Source: Bacteroides sp. (GTDB lineage Bacteria > Bacteroidota > Bacteroidia > Bacteroidales > SM23-62). From it: a stretch of 61,133 nucleotides of DNA. The notes below the pieces were generated by a model. That model was given only the letters and a program-made list of their open reading frames with translations. It ran no database searches and was not told where the DNA came from. Below, one piece after another: positions 1-9,046 of the stretch. The translations under genes and the position numbers were made by a program. The stretch spans positions 1 through 61,133 of the forward strand of contig DAOWJB010000288.1 of assembly GCA_030640625.1 (NCBI GenBank). The letters are read 5' to 3'. How positions within the stretch are numbered: the first letter of the stretch is position 1; every line of letters begins with the position of its first letter.

Positions 1-1
1 A

Positions 2-859
2 ACCATCACAAAAATGTGGGATCTCATTACCGGGATCAAAGCTGAATCCCCAAATCTGGTCTTGTTCCCGGAGGCATTCCTGCCCGGGTATCCCAGGGGA
101 TTGACCTTCGGAGCAGTAGTTGGAAGCCGTTCACAGGAAGGCAGGGATTTATACGCCAGGTATTATCAAAACGCAATTGCTATTGGAGATGCCAGGTTTA
201 AGGAATTGCAGAAGATGGCCAGGGAATTACAGGCAGATTTTGCTATTGGAGTAGCTGAAAAGGAAGATAAAAGTGGAACACTGTATTGCAGCATTTTTTA
301 TTTTGGTTCAGATGGAAAATTCCTTGGCAAACATCGTAAACTCAAACCTACAGGTTCGGAGCGCCTGATCTGGGGTGAGGGGGACGGATCAACCCTTCCG
401 GTTATTGATAATGGGTTTGGGATTTACGGTGGACTCATTTGCTGGGAGAATTATATGCCCCTGGCCCGGATGGCCATGTACTTGCAGGGTGTGCAGATCT
501 ACCTGGCGCCTACGGCAGATTGCCGTGACAGCTGGCAAAATACCCTGCAGCATATAGCAACAGAAGGCAGATGCTATGTGCTCGGATGCAATCAGCTGAT
601 CACCATGGATGCTTATCCTGATGATATACGGACGATGATTTCCGATCCTTCAACCATTTCCTGTTGTGGGGGCAGCGTGATCGTGGAGCCTGGGGGAAAA
701 GTGCTTGCAGGTCCGATTTTAAATGAGGAAGGAATTCTCTATGCCGATCTCGACCTGGAGGAGGTGATCAGGGGAAAATATGAATTCGATGTGGCCGGGC
801 ATTACAACCGTCCCGATGTGTTTTCTTTCCGGGTTAATTCGGGATCAGGAATTCCATAA
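2..859 (+). CDS. Nitrilase / carbon-nitrogen hydrolase family protein; the 5' end lies outside the window
   Basis: The reading frame stays open to the window edge (TITK precedes Met14). Glu-Lys-Cys triad contexts typical of nitrilases are present: LFPEAF, HRKLKPT and LICWENYMP. Confidence 0.8.
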   Translation, partial: TITKMWDLITGIKAESPNLVLFPEAFLPGYPRGLTFGAVVGSRSQEGRDLYARYYQNAIAIGDARFKELQKMARELQADFAIGVAEKEDKSGTLYCSIFYFGSDGKFLGKHRKLKPTGSERLIWGEGDGSTLPVIDNGFGIYGGLICWENYMPLARMAMYLQGVQIYLAPTADCRDSWQNTLQHIATEGRCYVLGCNQLITMDAYPDDIRTMISDPSTISCCGGSVIVEPGGKVLAGPILNEEGILYADLDLEEVIRGKYEFDVAGHYNRPDVFSFRVNSGSGIP

Positions 860-860
860 T

Positions 861-1040
861 TCAAGCAGCTGGTATGATAACGATATCCACAGGTTCAACG
901 GTAAATATGGGGCCCTCATTACCCCCGAACTGAACGCGGGCTTCTCCCTTGTAAACACCCAGTACTTCATGCGCTGTGCTGTGATAGTGATGAAAGGGAT
1001 ATATCCCATTGCGCCAGGAGCCGCTCCATTTCTTTGTTAT
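861..1040 (-). pseudogene. Relic of a YjlB-like cupin gene: internal fragment with no start codon and a premature stop
   Basis: My own minus-strand translation gives a 59-codon open stretch, just under the 60-aa track cutoff: ITKKWSGSWRNGIYPFHHYHSTAHEVLGVYKGEARVQFGGNEGPIFTVEPVDIVIIPAA*. The WRNGIY.(Y/F)HHYHS.AHEVLG...G.A...FGG block is the core I recognise from YjlB-type cupins. About 50 N-terminal and about 60 C-terminal residues are missing. The fragment is bounded upstream by TAA (1041-1043). Confidence 0.55.
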
Positions 1041-1143
1041 TTACGTTGAAGAATAATGACTGCCTGGTAATAAAGTAGCAGCTTGAAAATGCTGTTTTCT
1101 GCTAAATCTTATTGTAATGTTTATTACTCATTTAATGATAGTT

Positions 1144-1209
1144 AGGTAATAAATATACCGCCTATAAATGCTGGTTAATGCCAGCATTTTCAGTGGTGTT
1201 TTATTACCT
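1144..1209 (+). repeat. 66-nt nested imperfect palindrome containing copy 1 of a conserved palindromic repeat
   Basis: Outer stem aggtaataaa (1144-1153) pairs with tttattacct (1200-1209). Middle stem 1155-1161 pairs with 1193-1199 (7 bp, including U-G and G-U pairs valid only on the + strand). Inner stem aaatgctgg (1166-1174) pairs with ccagcattt (1181-1189), with loop ttaatg. Confidence 0.6.
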
Positions 1210-1234
1210 GACTGTTATTATGGCATTATTGACT

Positions 1235-2746
1235 TTATATTGATCTTGCTGATAGTATGTCTGATGCTGCTTTATTACCTGCTGCATCCACGGTTACTAT
1301 TTTGTAAGCATGAGCAGACCGGTTGCCTGGCTTGTCTTCAAAATGGAAGGGAGCCGTACCTGTCTGTGGCTGGTGGGGTAATTCCCCTGCTTTTTCCCCA
1401 TCACGCCATATCTCATAGCTCTTGAGGGGTTCATCACCCGCCAGGGCTGTGTTCCAGGCCAGGGTCACCACCCTGTCATCCCCCATCATTTCCTGTTTAA
1501 TTTCCGGCTTTGTGGGGGCAGTCAATCCACCCTCTTTTACCTGGAAATAATTGGTTTTGCCTTCTTTGGCAGCCAGTGCCATCTGCTCGATGTTTTTACG
1601 GTCCCCTTCACCCAGTCCATCCGGTTCAATCTGGGCAGAGAGGAAGTTCTGGTGAAGCTGGCATCTGGCCGGATCATCATCCACATGTCCGATCCCGATG
1701 ATTGCGGTATGGATCCCGGGAGTGGTCAGGGCATATTGCACCAGTGGCTGGCTGGGAAGCTGCTCACTTCCTACTGTTCTGACTACATGCTCGGAGGTAT
1801 TGGACCAGTTGGCGGGTTTGGTATACATGGCGCCATCGGCGAAAACTTTCATGGCAATGATCCCCATATTTTTTGCGGCAGCCACAGGAATAACATTATG
1901 CTGCATATTCAGGTTGAGCTTGTCATTGGCGTTGATTGCCACCAGCATGCCATCAAGGAGATCATAGGTGTCCCCTTGAATCATTTTCATCATGTTCGGT
2001 GAGGACCAGTGGCCCGAAAATCCAATGTGTCTGATCAGTTTTTCGTTCTTAGGATTCATCCCTGTCAAGTTGGTCCCATCCCTGACATCCCTCAAGGCTG
2101 CCAGGGCTCCGATATGCTCCATGTCTGGATTCGTGTCCTCAATGCCCATGAAACATACCTCCACCTCATTTTCATACTGGAAGTTGTGAACCAGTACCAT
2201 ATCAAGATATGCTCCTTCCGGATAAGCCCCTGTCCCATCCCCGAAGATCTGGCTCAGGGTACGTTTGACATCGTAAAGTGTATGGGAAGGGTAGACTCCG
2301 TTTGTACCGCTGTATACTCCCTCTACATCATAACCCCCTTTCCCCCATCTGAGACCGGTTTTTGATGTGAGAAAAATAGACTTCCTCAGTTTCTCATCAT
2401 AGTTGGACTGTCCGGGTATCAGATTCAACCTTCTGAAAGCTCTCCCGAAATTCGTCTGGCTCGGACCGTACCAATTTGAGGTATCAAAATAATTCACGCC
2501 CAGTTTGAAAGTTTTCATAATAATTTCAACCGGGTCTTCGGAAGCAGATGTCCACTGAAGAGAGGCCTGTCCACCCAGTCCCAGTGAGGTTACTTCAAAA
2601 TTCAATTTCCCAAAGCTCCTTGTCATCGGAGTGGGCAAAGTGCTGCCGGAACATGAAATATAGGGGACAGTTGATATCCCTGCTGCTGCGATGGCAGAAG
2701 TTCTGAGAAAATCCCTGCGAGTAAAATGCGATGCATTATTATTCAT
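1235..2746 (-). CDS. Tat-exported aldo/keto reductase with a C-terminal FN3-like domain
   Basis: 503-aa ORF. The N-terminus has a twin-arginine signal (TRRDFLRTSAIAAAG). The central region resembles aldo/keto reductases (GLGG..., VNYFDTS, HIGFSGH). The last ~95 aa show a beta-sandwich pattern (VVTLAWN...YEIWRDG...YKIVTVDAAGNKA). Confidence 0.75.
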   Translation of the reverse strand: MNNNASHFTRRDFLRTSAIAAAGISTVPYISCSGSTLPTPMTRSFGKLNFEVTSLGLGGQASLQWTSASEDPVEIIMKTFKLGVNYFDTSNWYGPSQTNFGRAFRRLNLIPGQSNYDEKLRKSIFLTSKTGLRWGKGGYDVEGVYSGTNGVYPSHTLYDVKRTLSQIFGDGTGAYPEGAYLDMVLVHNFQYENEVEVCFMGIEDTNPDMEHIGALAALRDVRDGTNLTGMNPKNEKLIRHIGFSGHWSSPNMMKMIQGDTYDLLDGMLVAINANDKLNLNMQHNVIPVAAAKNMGIIAMKVFADGAMYTKPANWSNTSEHVVRTVGSEQLPSQPLVQYALTTPGIHTAIIGIGHVDDDPARCQLHQNFLSAQIEPDGLGEGDRKNIEQMALAAKEGKTNYFQVKEGGLTAPTKPEIKQEMMGDDRVVTLAWNTALAGDEPLKSYEIWRDGEKAGELPHQPQTGTAPFHFEDKPGNRSAHAYKIVTVDAAGNKAASDILSARSI

Positions 2747-2826
2747 GATGTTCAGGATTGGTTTTTAATTATTCTGTCTGCCTAAATTTAAGGAATCCCA
2801 ATCAATATGCAATTCATACTATTTAT

Positions 2827-2834
2827 TAACTTTG
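2827..2834 (+). promoter_or_regulatory. Candidate Bacteroidota -7 promoter box (TAnnTTTG) for the M23 peptidase gene
   Basis: taactttg lies 23 nt upstream of the ATG at 2858, in a divergent intergenic region. Confidence 0.4.
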
Positions 2835-2857
2835 TGTGCTTTCTGACAGGCTAAATC

Positions 2858-3721
2858 ATGAGTGAGCAACAGAAAAAATCCTTTGCTGACCGGCTCCGGG
2901 ATAAATTCAGGCTGATCATCTTCAATGACAGGACCCTTGAGGAGGTTTGGTATCTCCGTCTATCGAGGTTAAATATTATGGTTCTGACTACGAGTCTTTT
3001 CATCCTGATTGTGGTTGGTGTTTTTGCTTTGGTAGCTTATACCGGCATCCGTCAGCTCATTCCTGGTTATCCGGATGGAAATCTGAGGAGAACCATTCAT
3101 ATGAACGCCGTCCGACTCGACTCATTGGAGAACGAGATCAGGATGAGGGACCAGTATTTTCACAATATCAAATCACTTGTGGCGGGTGAGGAACCGCCCA
3201 ACCTGGTTAATATAAGCGATAGTTCCATGGAGCCCGCTTCGATTACTTTTTCCAAATCCATTGAGGATTCCATACTCAGGATGCAGATCGAGCAAGAGGA
3301 ACAATACAATTTACTTGTCCTGTCCCAACAGCGCAGTCCCACAGACCTGGCCGGCATTCATTTTTTCGCCCCACTCCGGGGATTGGTAACCCTGCCATTC
3401 AATGCCACAGAGAACCATTTCGGAACAGATATCGTTGCGGCACCAAATGAAGTGGTCAAGGCCACCCTGGATGGAACCGTCATCATGGATGCATGGACCG
3501 TGGAGACCGGTTACGTAATCCATATTCAGCATGAGAACAACTTGATTTCCGTATACAAACATAATTCTGAACTCCTGAAAAAATCGGGAAATGTAGTTAA
3601 GGCAGGAGATGCAATCGCCATCATAGGAAACTCAGGAGAACTTACCACCGGTCCACATCTGCATTTCGAGTTATGGCATAACGGAGCCCCAATCGATCCG
3701 CAATCCTATATTGTATTTTAA
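2858..3721 (+). CDS. M23 family (LytM-type) metallopeptidase, membrane anchored
   Basis: N-terminal TM helix (IMVLTTSLFILIVVGVFALVAY). C-terminal M23 signature HIQHENNLISVYKH...GNSGELTTGPHLHFELWHNGAPIDP. Confidence 0.85.
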   Translation: MSEQQKKSFADRLRDKFRLIIFNDRTLEEVWYLRLSRLNIMVLTTSLFILIVVGVFALVAYTGIRQLIPGYPDGNLRRTIHMNAVRLDSLENEIRMRDQYFHNIKSLVAGEEPPNLVNISDSSMEPASITFSKSIEDSILRMQIEQEEQYNLLVLSQQRSPTDLAGIHFFAPLRGLVTLPFNATENHFGTDIVAAPNEVVKATLDGTVIMDAWTVETGYVIHIQHENNLISVYKHNSELLKKSGNVVKAGDAIAIIGNSGELTTGPHLHFELWHNGAPIDPQSYIVF

Positions 3722-4877
3722 ATGCAGAAACACTTAGCAATTCTCGGATCAACCGGCTCGATTGGCACCCAGACCCTGGAGGTTATCGAAAAGAATCCGG
3801 ATCATTTTACGCTTGAAATTCTGACAGCTCGTAATAATGCGGATGAGTTGATAAGACAATCTAGAAAATTCCTTCCCAACCATGTAGTAATCACCAACGA
3901 GGAAAAATACAAATATGTATTTGAGAACCTTGCAGACCTGCCAATAAAAGTATATGCCGGAACCGACGCCCTGGAACAGATTGTTGAAATGGACTCGGTT
4001 GATATGATTATGTCAGCATTGGTGGGATTTTCAGGATTACAGCCTACTATGAGGGCCATCAATGCTGGAAAGAATATTGCCCTGGCCAATAAGGAAACAC
4101 TGGTGGTGGGGGGGGGACCTGGTAACAAAATCAGCCCTGGAAAAAGGAGTTAATATTTACCCGGTGGATTCTGAACATTCAGCCATTTTCCAATGTATTG
4201 TCGGGGAGGAAATGAATCCTATCGAAAAGATCATCCTGACTGCTTCAGGTGGGCCTTTTCTCGGAAAAGACCGGGAATACCTGCAAAAGGTTACCCGTGA
4301 AGAAGCATTGAAGCATCCCAACTGGTGTATGGGGGACAAAGTGACCATCGATTCGGCATCCCTGATGAATAAAGGTCTTGAAGTAATAGAGGCAAAATGG
4401 TTATTCGGACTGAAACCGGAACAGATCGAGGTAATTATCCATCCGCAATCCATTATTCATTCCCTGGTACAGTTCGAAGATGGTTCCCTGAAGGCTCAGC
4501 TTGGGATACCCGATATGAAATTACCCATTCAGTATGCACTGGGGTTCCCGAAACGAATCAAATCTGATTTCGACAGGTTTTCCTTCACCGATTATCCAAA
4601 TCTTACATTTCAGTCCCCCGACCTGAAAATTTTTTCCAACCTCGCCCTGGCATATGAGGCACTGCATAAAGGGGGGAATATACCCTGTGTGTTGAATGCT
4701 GCCAATGAAGTGGTAGTCAATGCCTTCCTGGAAGGGAAACTGGGATTTTTAAACATGCCTGAAGTGATTGAAAAAACAATGAATTCCGTCGCATTTATTG
4801 CCAATCCGGATCTAAATAATTACGTGGAAACAGATTCTGAGGCAAGAAAAATTGCCGGAAGTTATCTTTTTAGATAA
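3722..4877 (+). pseudogene. dxr: 1-deoxy-D-xylulose-5-phosphate reductoisomerase, frameshifted as assembled within a G9 run (4108-4116)
   Basis: ORF 3722..4153 carries the Dxr N-terminus (ILGSTGSIGTQTL...[10 protein letters not shown]). ORF 4062..4877, in the +1 frame, carries the rest ([27 protein letters not shown]...NKGLEVIEA). Removing one G from the run joins them into a continuous 384-aa Dxr. Confidence 0.9.
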
Positions 4878-4882
4878 TTTTG
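4875..4882 (+). promoter_or_regulatory. Candidate -7 box (TAnnTTTG) for rseP
   Basis: taattttg lies 22 nt upstream of the ATG at 4905. Confidence 0.35.
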
Positions 4883-4904
4883 CCTGGATTTTACAATTGA
4901 AAGA

Positions 4905-6227
4905 ATGAATGTTATAATTCAGATTGCGCAGTTCCTGCTAAGTTTATCCATCCTGGTTTTTCTACATGAAATTGGTCACTTTGCATTGGCCAAGTTGTTC
5001 AGGACCCGGGTGGAAAAATTCTATATATTTTTCAATCCCTGGTTTTCCCTGTTTAAAAAGAAAATTGGGGAAACCGAATATGGTATCGGCTGGTTGCCGT
5101 TGGGAGGGTATGTGAAAATTTCCGGCATGATCGATGAATCGATGGACAAGGAACAGATGAAAAAACCTCCACAGCCATGGGAATTTCGTTCAAAACCGGC
5201 ATATCAGCGTCTGCTGATCATGGTTGGCGGGGTACTTGTCAATTTCCTGCTGGCTTTGTGTATTTATTCCACTACGCTATATATCTGGGGAGAACAATAC
5301 CTGCCTACTAAAAATGTGACATACGGAATCATGTGCGATTCTGTTGCGTTTGAAATGGGACTTCAGAACGGTGACAAAATACTTACGGTTGATCATGTGG
5401 AAATAGATAATTTCAACAAGATCTTCCATGATATAGTAGTTAACAGAGCCAGCTCAATCCAGGTTGACAGGAATGGACGGGTGGTCGACATCCCCATCCT
5501 TGAGGAGCATCTTGCACCCCTGCTGAAAAGTGAAATTTTCATTACCACCCGTATTCCTTTTATTGTGGACGATTTCAGTAAGGAATCACCGGCCAGGGAA
5601 GCCGGTATTCAGCAGGATGACCAGGTTGTGGCCCTGAATGATACCGAGATACAGTTTTTTGATGAATTCCGGACCATGATGTATGATTTGAAGGGACAGG
5701 AGGTGGCAGTGACGGTTTTAAGGGAAAATGAAAATATTACCTACTCTTTCCGGGCAACTCAGGATGGAAAGATAGGTGTTTGGCCTGTTGGGGATTTGGG
5801 TCGCTTCTTTGAACTGGTAAATATCGAATATTCATTTCTGCAAGCGATACCTGCCGGCATCAGCAAAGGCTTCGGAAACGCCATAAGCTACCTGAAGCAG
5901 CTAAAACTGATCTTCACACCTAAAACCAAGGCATATGAATCCCTTGGGGGATTTATCAAGATCGGAAGTTTCTTCCCGACAGTCTGGAATTGGGAAGCGT
6001 TCTGGGAAATGACCGCCCTTTTATCCATTATTCTGGCCATCATGAATCTTCTGCCAATTCCCGCACTGGATGGGGGGCATGTGATGTTCCTGCTTTATGA
6101 AATCGTCAGTGGCAGGAAACCAGGGGATAAATTCATGGAATACGCCCAGATCACCGGCATGCTGATTCTTCTGGCCTTGCTGCTTTATGCCAACGGCAAT
6201 GATGTGGTGCAATTGTTCCGGAAATAG
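4905..6227 (+). CDS. rseP: RIP (site-2) zinc metalloprotease RseP
   Basis: HEIGHF zinc motif in the first TM helix, central PDZ-like region, and C-terminal [12 protein letters not shown] motif. 440 aa. Confidence 0.9.
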   Translation: MNVIIQIAQFLLSLSILVFLHEIGHFALAKLFRTRVEKFYIFFNPWFSLFKKKIGETEYGIGWLPLGGYVKISGMIDESMDKEQMKKPPQPWEFRSKPAYQRLLIMVGGVLVNFLLALCIYSTTLYIWGEQYLPTKNVTYGIMCDSVAFEMGLQNGDKILTVDHVEIDNFNKIFHDIVVNRASSIQVDRNGRVVDIPILEEHLAPLLKSEIFITTRIPFIVDDFSKESPAREAGIQQDDQVVALNDTEIQFFDEFRTMMYDLKGQEVAVTVLRENENITYSFRATQDGKIGVWPVGDLGRFFELVNIEYSFLQAIPAGISKGFGNAISYLKQLKLIFTPKTKAYESLGGFIKIGSFFPTVWNWEAFWEMTALLSIILAIMNLLPIPALDGGHVMFLLYEIVSGRKPGDKFMEYAQITGMLILLALLLYANGNDVVQLFRK

Positions 6228-6237
6228 ATATTATTAC

Positions 6238-6245
6238 TACATTTG
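6238..6245 (+). promoter_or_regulatory. Candidate -7 box (TAnnTTTG) for tatA
   Basis: tacatttg lies 17 nt upstream of the ATG at 6263. Confidence 0.35.
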
Positions 6246-6262
6246 TATGGTCGAAGTTAAAA

Positions 6263-6469
6263 ATGAAGATGATGGAACTTTTAATTATTCTTGGAATACC
6301 GGGTCCCTGGCAGATCGTGCTGATCGTCCTGGTGGTTCTGCTAATGTTTGGAGGGAGAAAAATTCCTGAACTAATGAGGGGTCTGGGTCAGGGCTTGAAG
6401 GAATTTAAAAAAGCCACCAAAGACGACACGGCAGAAGAAGATACAGAAAAAGAGATCGAAAAGGAATAG
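6263..6469 (+). CDS. tatA: Twin-arginine translocase subunit TatA/E
   Basis: 68 aa. One TM helix followed by [23 protein letters not shown] and an acidic tail. The exact Met (6263/6269/6272) is uncertain. Confidence 0.85.
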   Translation: MKMMELLIILGIPGPWQIVLIVLVVLLMFGGRKIPELMRGLGQGLKEFKKATKDDTAEEDTEKEIEKE

Positions 6470-6493
6470 ATTCGATTTATATCAGTCACTGAT

Positions 6494-6537
6494 ACCTGTC
6501 ATTCATTCCTTAAGAATTGGACATGACAGGTTTTTTT
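6494..6537 (+). terminator. Intrinsic terminator candidate after tatA
   Basis: acctgtcat (6494-6502) pairs with atgacaggt (6523-6531), a 9-bp perfect stem with a 20-nt loop, followed by T7 (6531-6537). Confidence 0.55.
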
Positions 6538-7980
6538 ATGTCCAAAATGCTACCCTACAGATCATTAAATGAAATCCGGGAGGTAATCAACCAGCAGGAA
6601 CTGGATCTTCCATCCCTTATAATATCATACCTGGAAAGAATCGATCAGCGAAAAAACCTGAATATTTTTGTTGAAGTATTCGATGAAGAAGCACTGGACA
6701 GGGCAGCGGAAATCCAGGATAAGATCAGCCGGGACAAAGCCGGCAAATTGGCGGGGATGGTAATCGGACTCAAAGACAATATCTGCTATAAGGGGCAAAC
6801 GGTCTCTGCAGCATCGCGATCACTGCAAAACTACCAGTCAGTCTACAATGCCACCGTAGTAGAACGTCTTCTCAGGGAAGATGCGATCATTATCGGCCGT
6901 ACCAATTGTGATGAATTTGCCATGGGTGGTACCAATGAAACTTCTGTTTATGGACCTGTACTGAATCCCCTTGATACGGGAAAGGTTCCAGGTGGATCAT
7001 CCGGTGGATCTGCAGCGGCCGTTGCCGCTGACCTCTGCCTTGCATCCATTGGATCCGATACCGGGGGGTCTGTCAGGCAACCGGCATCTTTTTGTGGACT
7101 GGTAGGTTTGAAACCCACCTATGGCAGAGTAAGCAGGTATGGATTAATTGCCTATGGATCTTCTTTCGATCAAATTGGTCCCATTACCTGGAACATAAAT
7201 GATGCTGCATTGATCCTGGAAGTAATCGCCGGTCCGGATGCATATGACAGTACCGCCTCGGATCAGCCTGTCCCTGCCTATTCAAAGTTGACTGCCCCTT
7301 CTCCAAAACGCATCGCCTTCCTGCAGGAACCCCTGGATCATCCCGGACTGGATGGGGAGATCAGGGAGCGAATGGTTGAGATCATTGACGCGCTCAGGGA
7401 TGAAGGTTACCAGGTCGACCCTGTCTCATTTCCCTACCTCGAAACGCTGGTGCCGGCTTACTATGTAATGGCCACCGCTGAAGCCTCTTCCAACCTGGCC
7501 AGGTATGACGGTATCCACTATGGTCACCGGACAGATGAAGCTTCCGATGCAAAAAATATCTATATCAAATCAAGGAGTGAAGGTTTTGGAACAGAGGTAA
7601 AAAGAAGGATCATGACCGGTACTTTCGTACTGAGTACAGGGTATTATGATGCTTACTACGGTAAGGCCCAGAAAGTCAGAAGACTGATCAGGGACAAGAC
7701 CCTTGAGATCCTTTCTTCCTATCCCATAATCCTGCTGCCTACCACTCCCAGGACAGCCTTTGAGTTAAAAACCATGGGGGATGACCCGGTTGCCCTTTAC
7801 CTGGAGGATATTTTTACCACACATGCGAATCTGGCTGGGATTCCGGCCATATCCCTTCCCCTTGGAAACCATACAAACGGAATGCCTTTTGGTGTGCAGG
7901 TCATGACCGGGTCATTCCAGGAACCTGCCCTGTTGACATTTTCAAAATATATGGCTGACAAATTCATAACTTTGGCTTGA
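6538..7980 (+). CDS. gatA: Asp-tRNA(Asn)/Glu-tRNA(Gln) amidotransferase subunit A
   Basis: Amidase signature GGSSGGSAAAVAA...GSDTGGSVRQPA, with typical GatA length. I moved the start from the track's TTG (6517) to ATG 6538 because 6517-6537 lies inside the tatA terminator hairpin and T-run. Confidence 0.9.
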   Translation: MSKMLPYRSLNEIREVINQQELDLPSLIISYLERIDQRKNLNIFVEVFDEEALDRAAEIQDKISRDKAGKLAGMVIGLKDNICYKGQTVSAASRSLQNYQSVYNATVVERLLREDAIIIGRTNCDEFAMGGTNETSVYGPVLNPLDTGKVPGGSSGGSAAAVAADLCLASIGSDTGGSVRQPASFCGLVGLKPTYGRVSRYGLIAYGSSFDQIGPITWNINDAALILEVIAGPDAYDSTASDQPVPAYSKLTAPSPKRIAFLQEPLDHPGLDGEIRERMVEIIDALRDEGYQVDPVSFPYLETLVPAYYVMATAEASSNLARYDGIHYGHRTDEASDAKNIYIKSRSEGFGTEVKRRIMTGTFVLSTGYYDAYYGKAQKVRRLIRDKTLEILSSYPIILLPTTPRTAFELKTMGDDPVALYLEDIFTTHANLAGIPAISLPLGNHTNGMPFGVQVMTGSFQEPALLTFSKYMADKFITLA

Positions 7981-8028
7981 ATTTTGTGTGCTTTCAGCTG
8001 ATTATCATATACATCTAAACTTCCAGTC

Positions 8029-9018
8029 ATGCGCAGAATCATCATTGTCCTATCCTTTATCTCTCTTATTTTGATCACAGGCTGTACCAAGAAGGAAAGA
8101 AAAGGATTACTTCCAATGGTCACCGGGAAGCCAGGTGAAATTATCCTGGTAATCGATCCCTATTTGTGGGAATCAAATCTGGGACAGTTCTTTGCAGCTT
8201 TCTGTAATGAGCCCGTAGAGGCCCTGCCTTCCGATGAGCCAAGCTATACATTGATCCATATTCCTACCGATGGTTTTAACAGGATATTCAAAAACCACAG
8301 GAACATTATCCTGACGGATATTTCCAACCAACATACTGAACCCAGGATTATTGTCCAGCGCAATGTCTGGGCACATCCACAATTATTGATCAAGGTGGTC
8401 GGTCCCAAGGATTCCACAACGATCGTCTATCTGAATGAAAACAGTAATAAACTGCGAAACCTGCTCGAGGTGGATGAACGAAACCGGATCATTGAAAATT
8501 ATAAAAAAAACCGGGCCAAAGGAATCGATGAAATGCTGAAGCAACAGCATAAGGTATCCATTTCTGTTCCGGCCGGTTATGATGTAGGCGTTGATTCCAC
8601 AAATTTCATCTGGCTTACTCACGAGGTGGCAGACATGACCCAGGGAGTATTGATCTACTATTATCCTTATACTGATGAAAACACTTTTACACCTGCCTAC
8701 CTGCTTAACAGGCGCAATGAATTCACACGGAAATTTGTACCCGGACCAGTAAATGGGTCGTATATGAAAACAGAGACCGAGTATCCTGTTATTTTCAACG
8801 AAAACGTAAAAACCGGCGAATACATGGTTGAGATGCGAGGGCTCTGGAGGCTAGAAAAAGCATTTATGGGCGGGCCGTTCATCAGCCATACCATACTCGA
8901 TGAACCAAGGAACCGGATTGTAACTGTCGAAGGTTTTGTCTATGCCCCCAGCCTGGATAAACGTCTCTACATCAGGGAGCTTGAAGCCATCCTCTACACC
9001 TTTGATATTGTGAATTAG
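8029..9018 (+). CDS. Hypothetical lipoprotein (possibly the Bacteroidota DUF4837 family; the family name is from memory)
   Basis: Signal peptide with lipobox (SLILITGC). 329 aa with no catalytic motif recognised. Confidence 0.6.
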   Translation: MRRIIIVLSFISLILITGCTKKERKGLLPMVTGKPGEIILVIDPYLWESNLGQFFAAFCNEPVEALPSDEPSYTLIHIPTDGFNRIFKNHRNIILTDISNQHTEPRIIVQRNVWAHPQLLIKVVGPKDSTTIVYLNENSNKLRNLLEVDERNRIIENYKKNRAKGIDEMLKQQHKVSISVPAGYDVGVDSTNFIWLTHEVADMTQGVLIYYYPYTDENTFTPAYLLNRRNEFTRKFVPGPVNGSYMKTETEYPVIFNENVKTGEYMVEMRGLWRLEKAFMGGPFISHTILDEPRNRIVTVEGFVYAPSLDKRLYIRELEAILYTFDIVN

Positions 9019-9034
9019 AATCGTACAAAAAAGT

Positions 9035-9042
9035 TATCTTTG
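9035..9042 (+). promoter_or_regulatory. Candidate -7 box (TAnnTTTG) for pepA, only 4 nt from the start codon
   Basis: tatctttg is followed by cacc and then ATG (9047). It is embedded in the left arm of a 9-bp inverted repeat (9032-9040 / 9050-9058). Confidence 0.4.
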
Positions 9043-9046
9043 CACC

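Noticed and set aside
780-1049. 89-aa plus-strand ORF overlapping the nitrilase 3' end.
   Set aside because: It has no motif, and it overlaps both the nitrilase gene and the better-supported minus-strand cupin relic.
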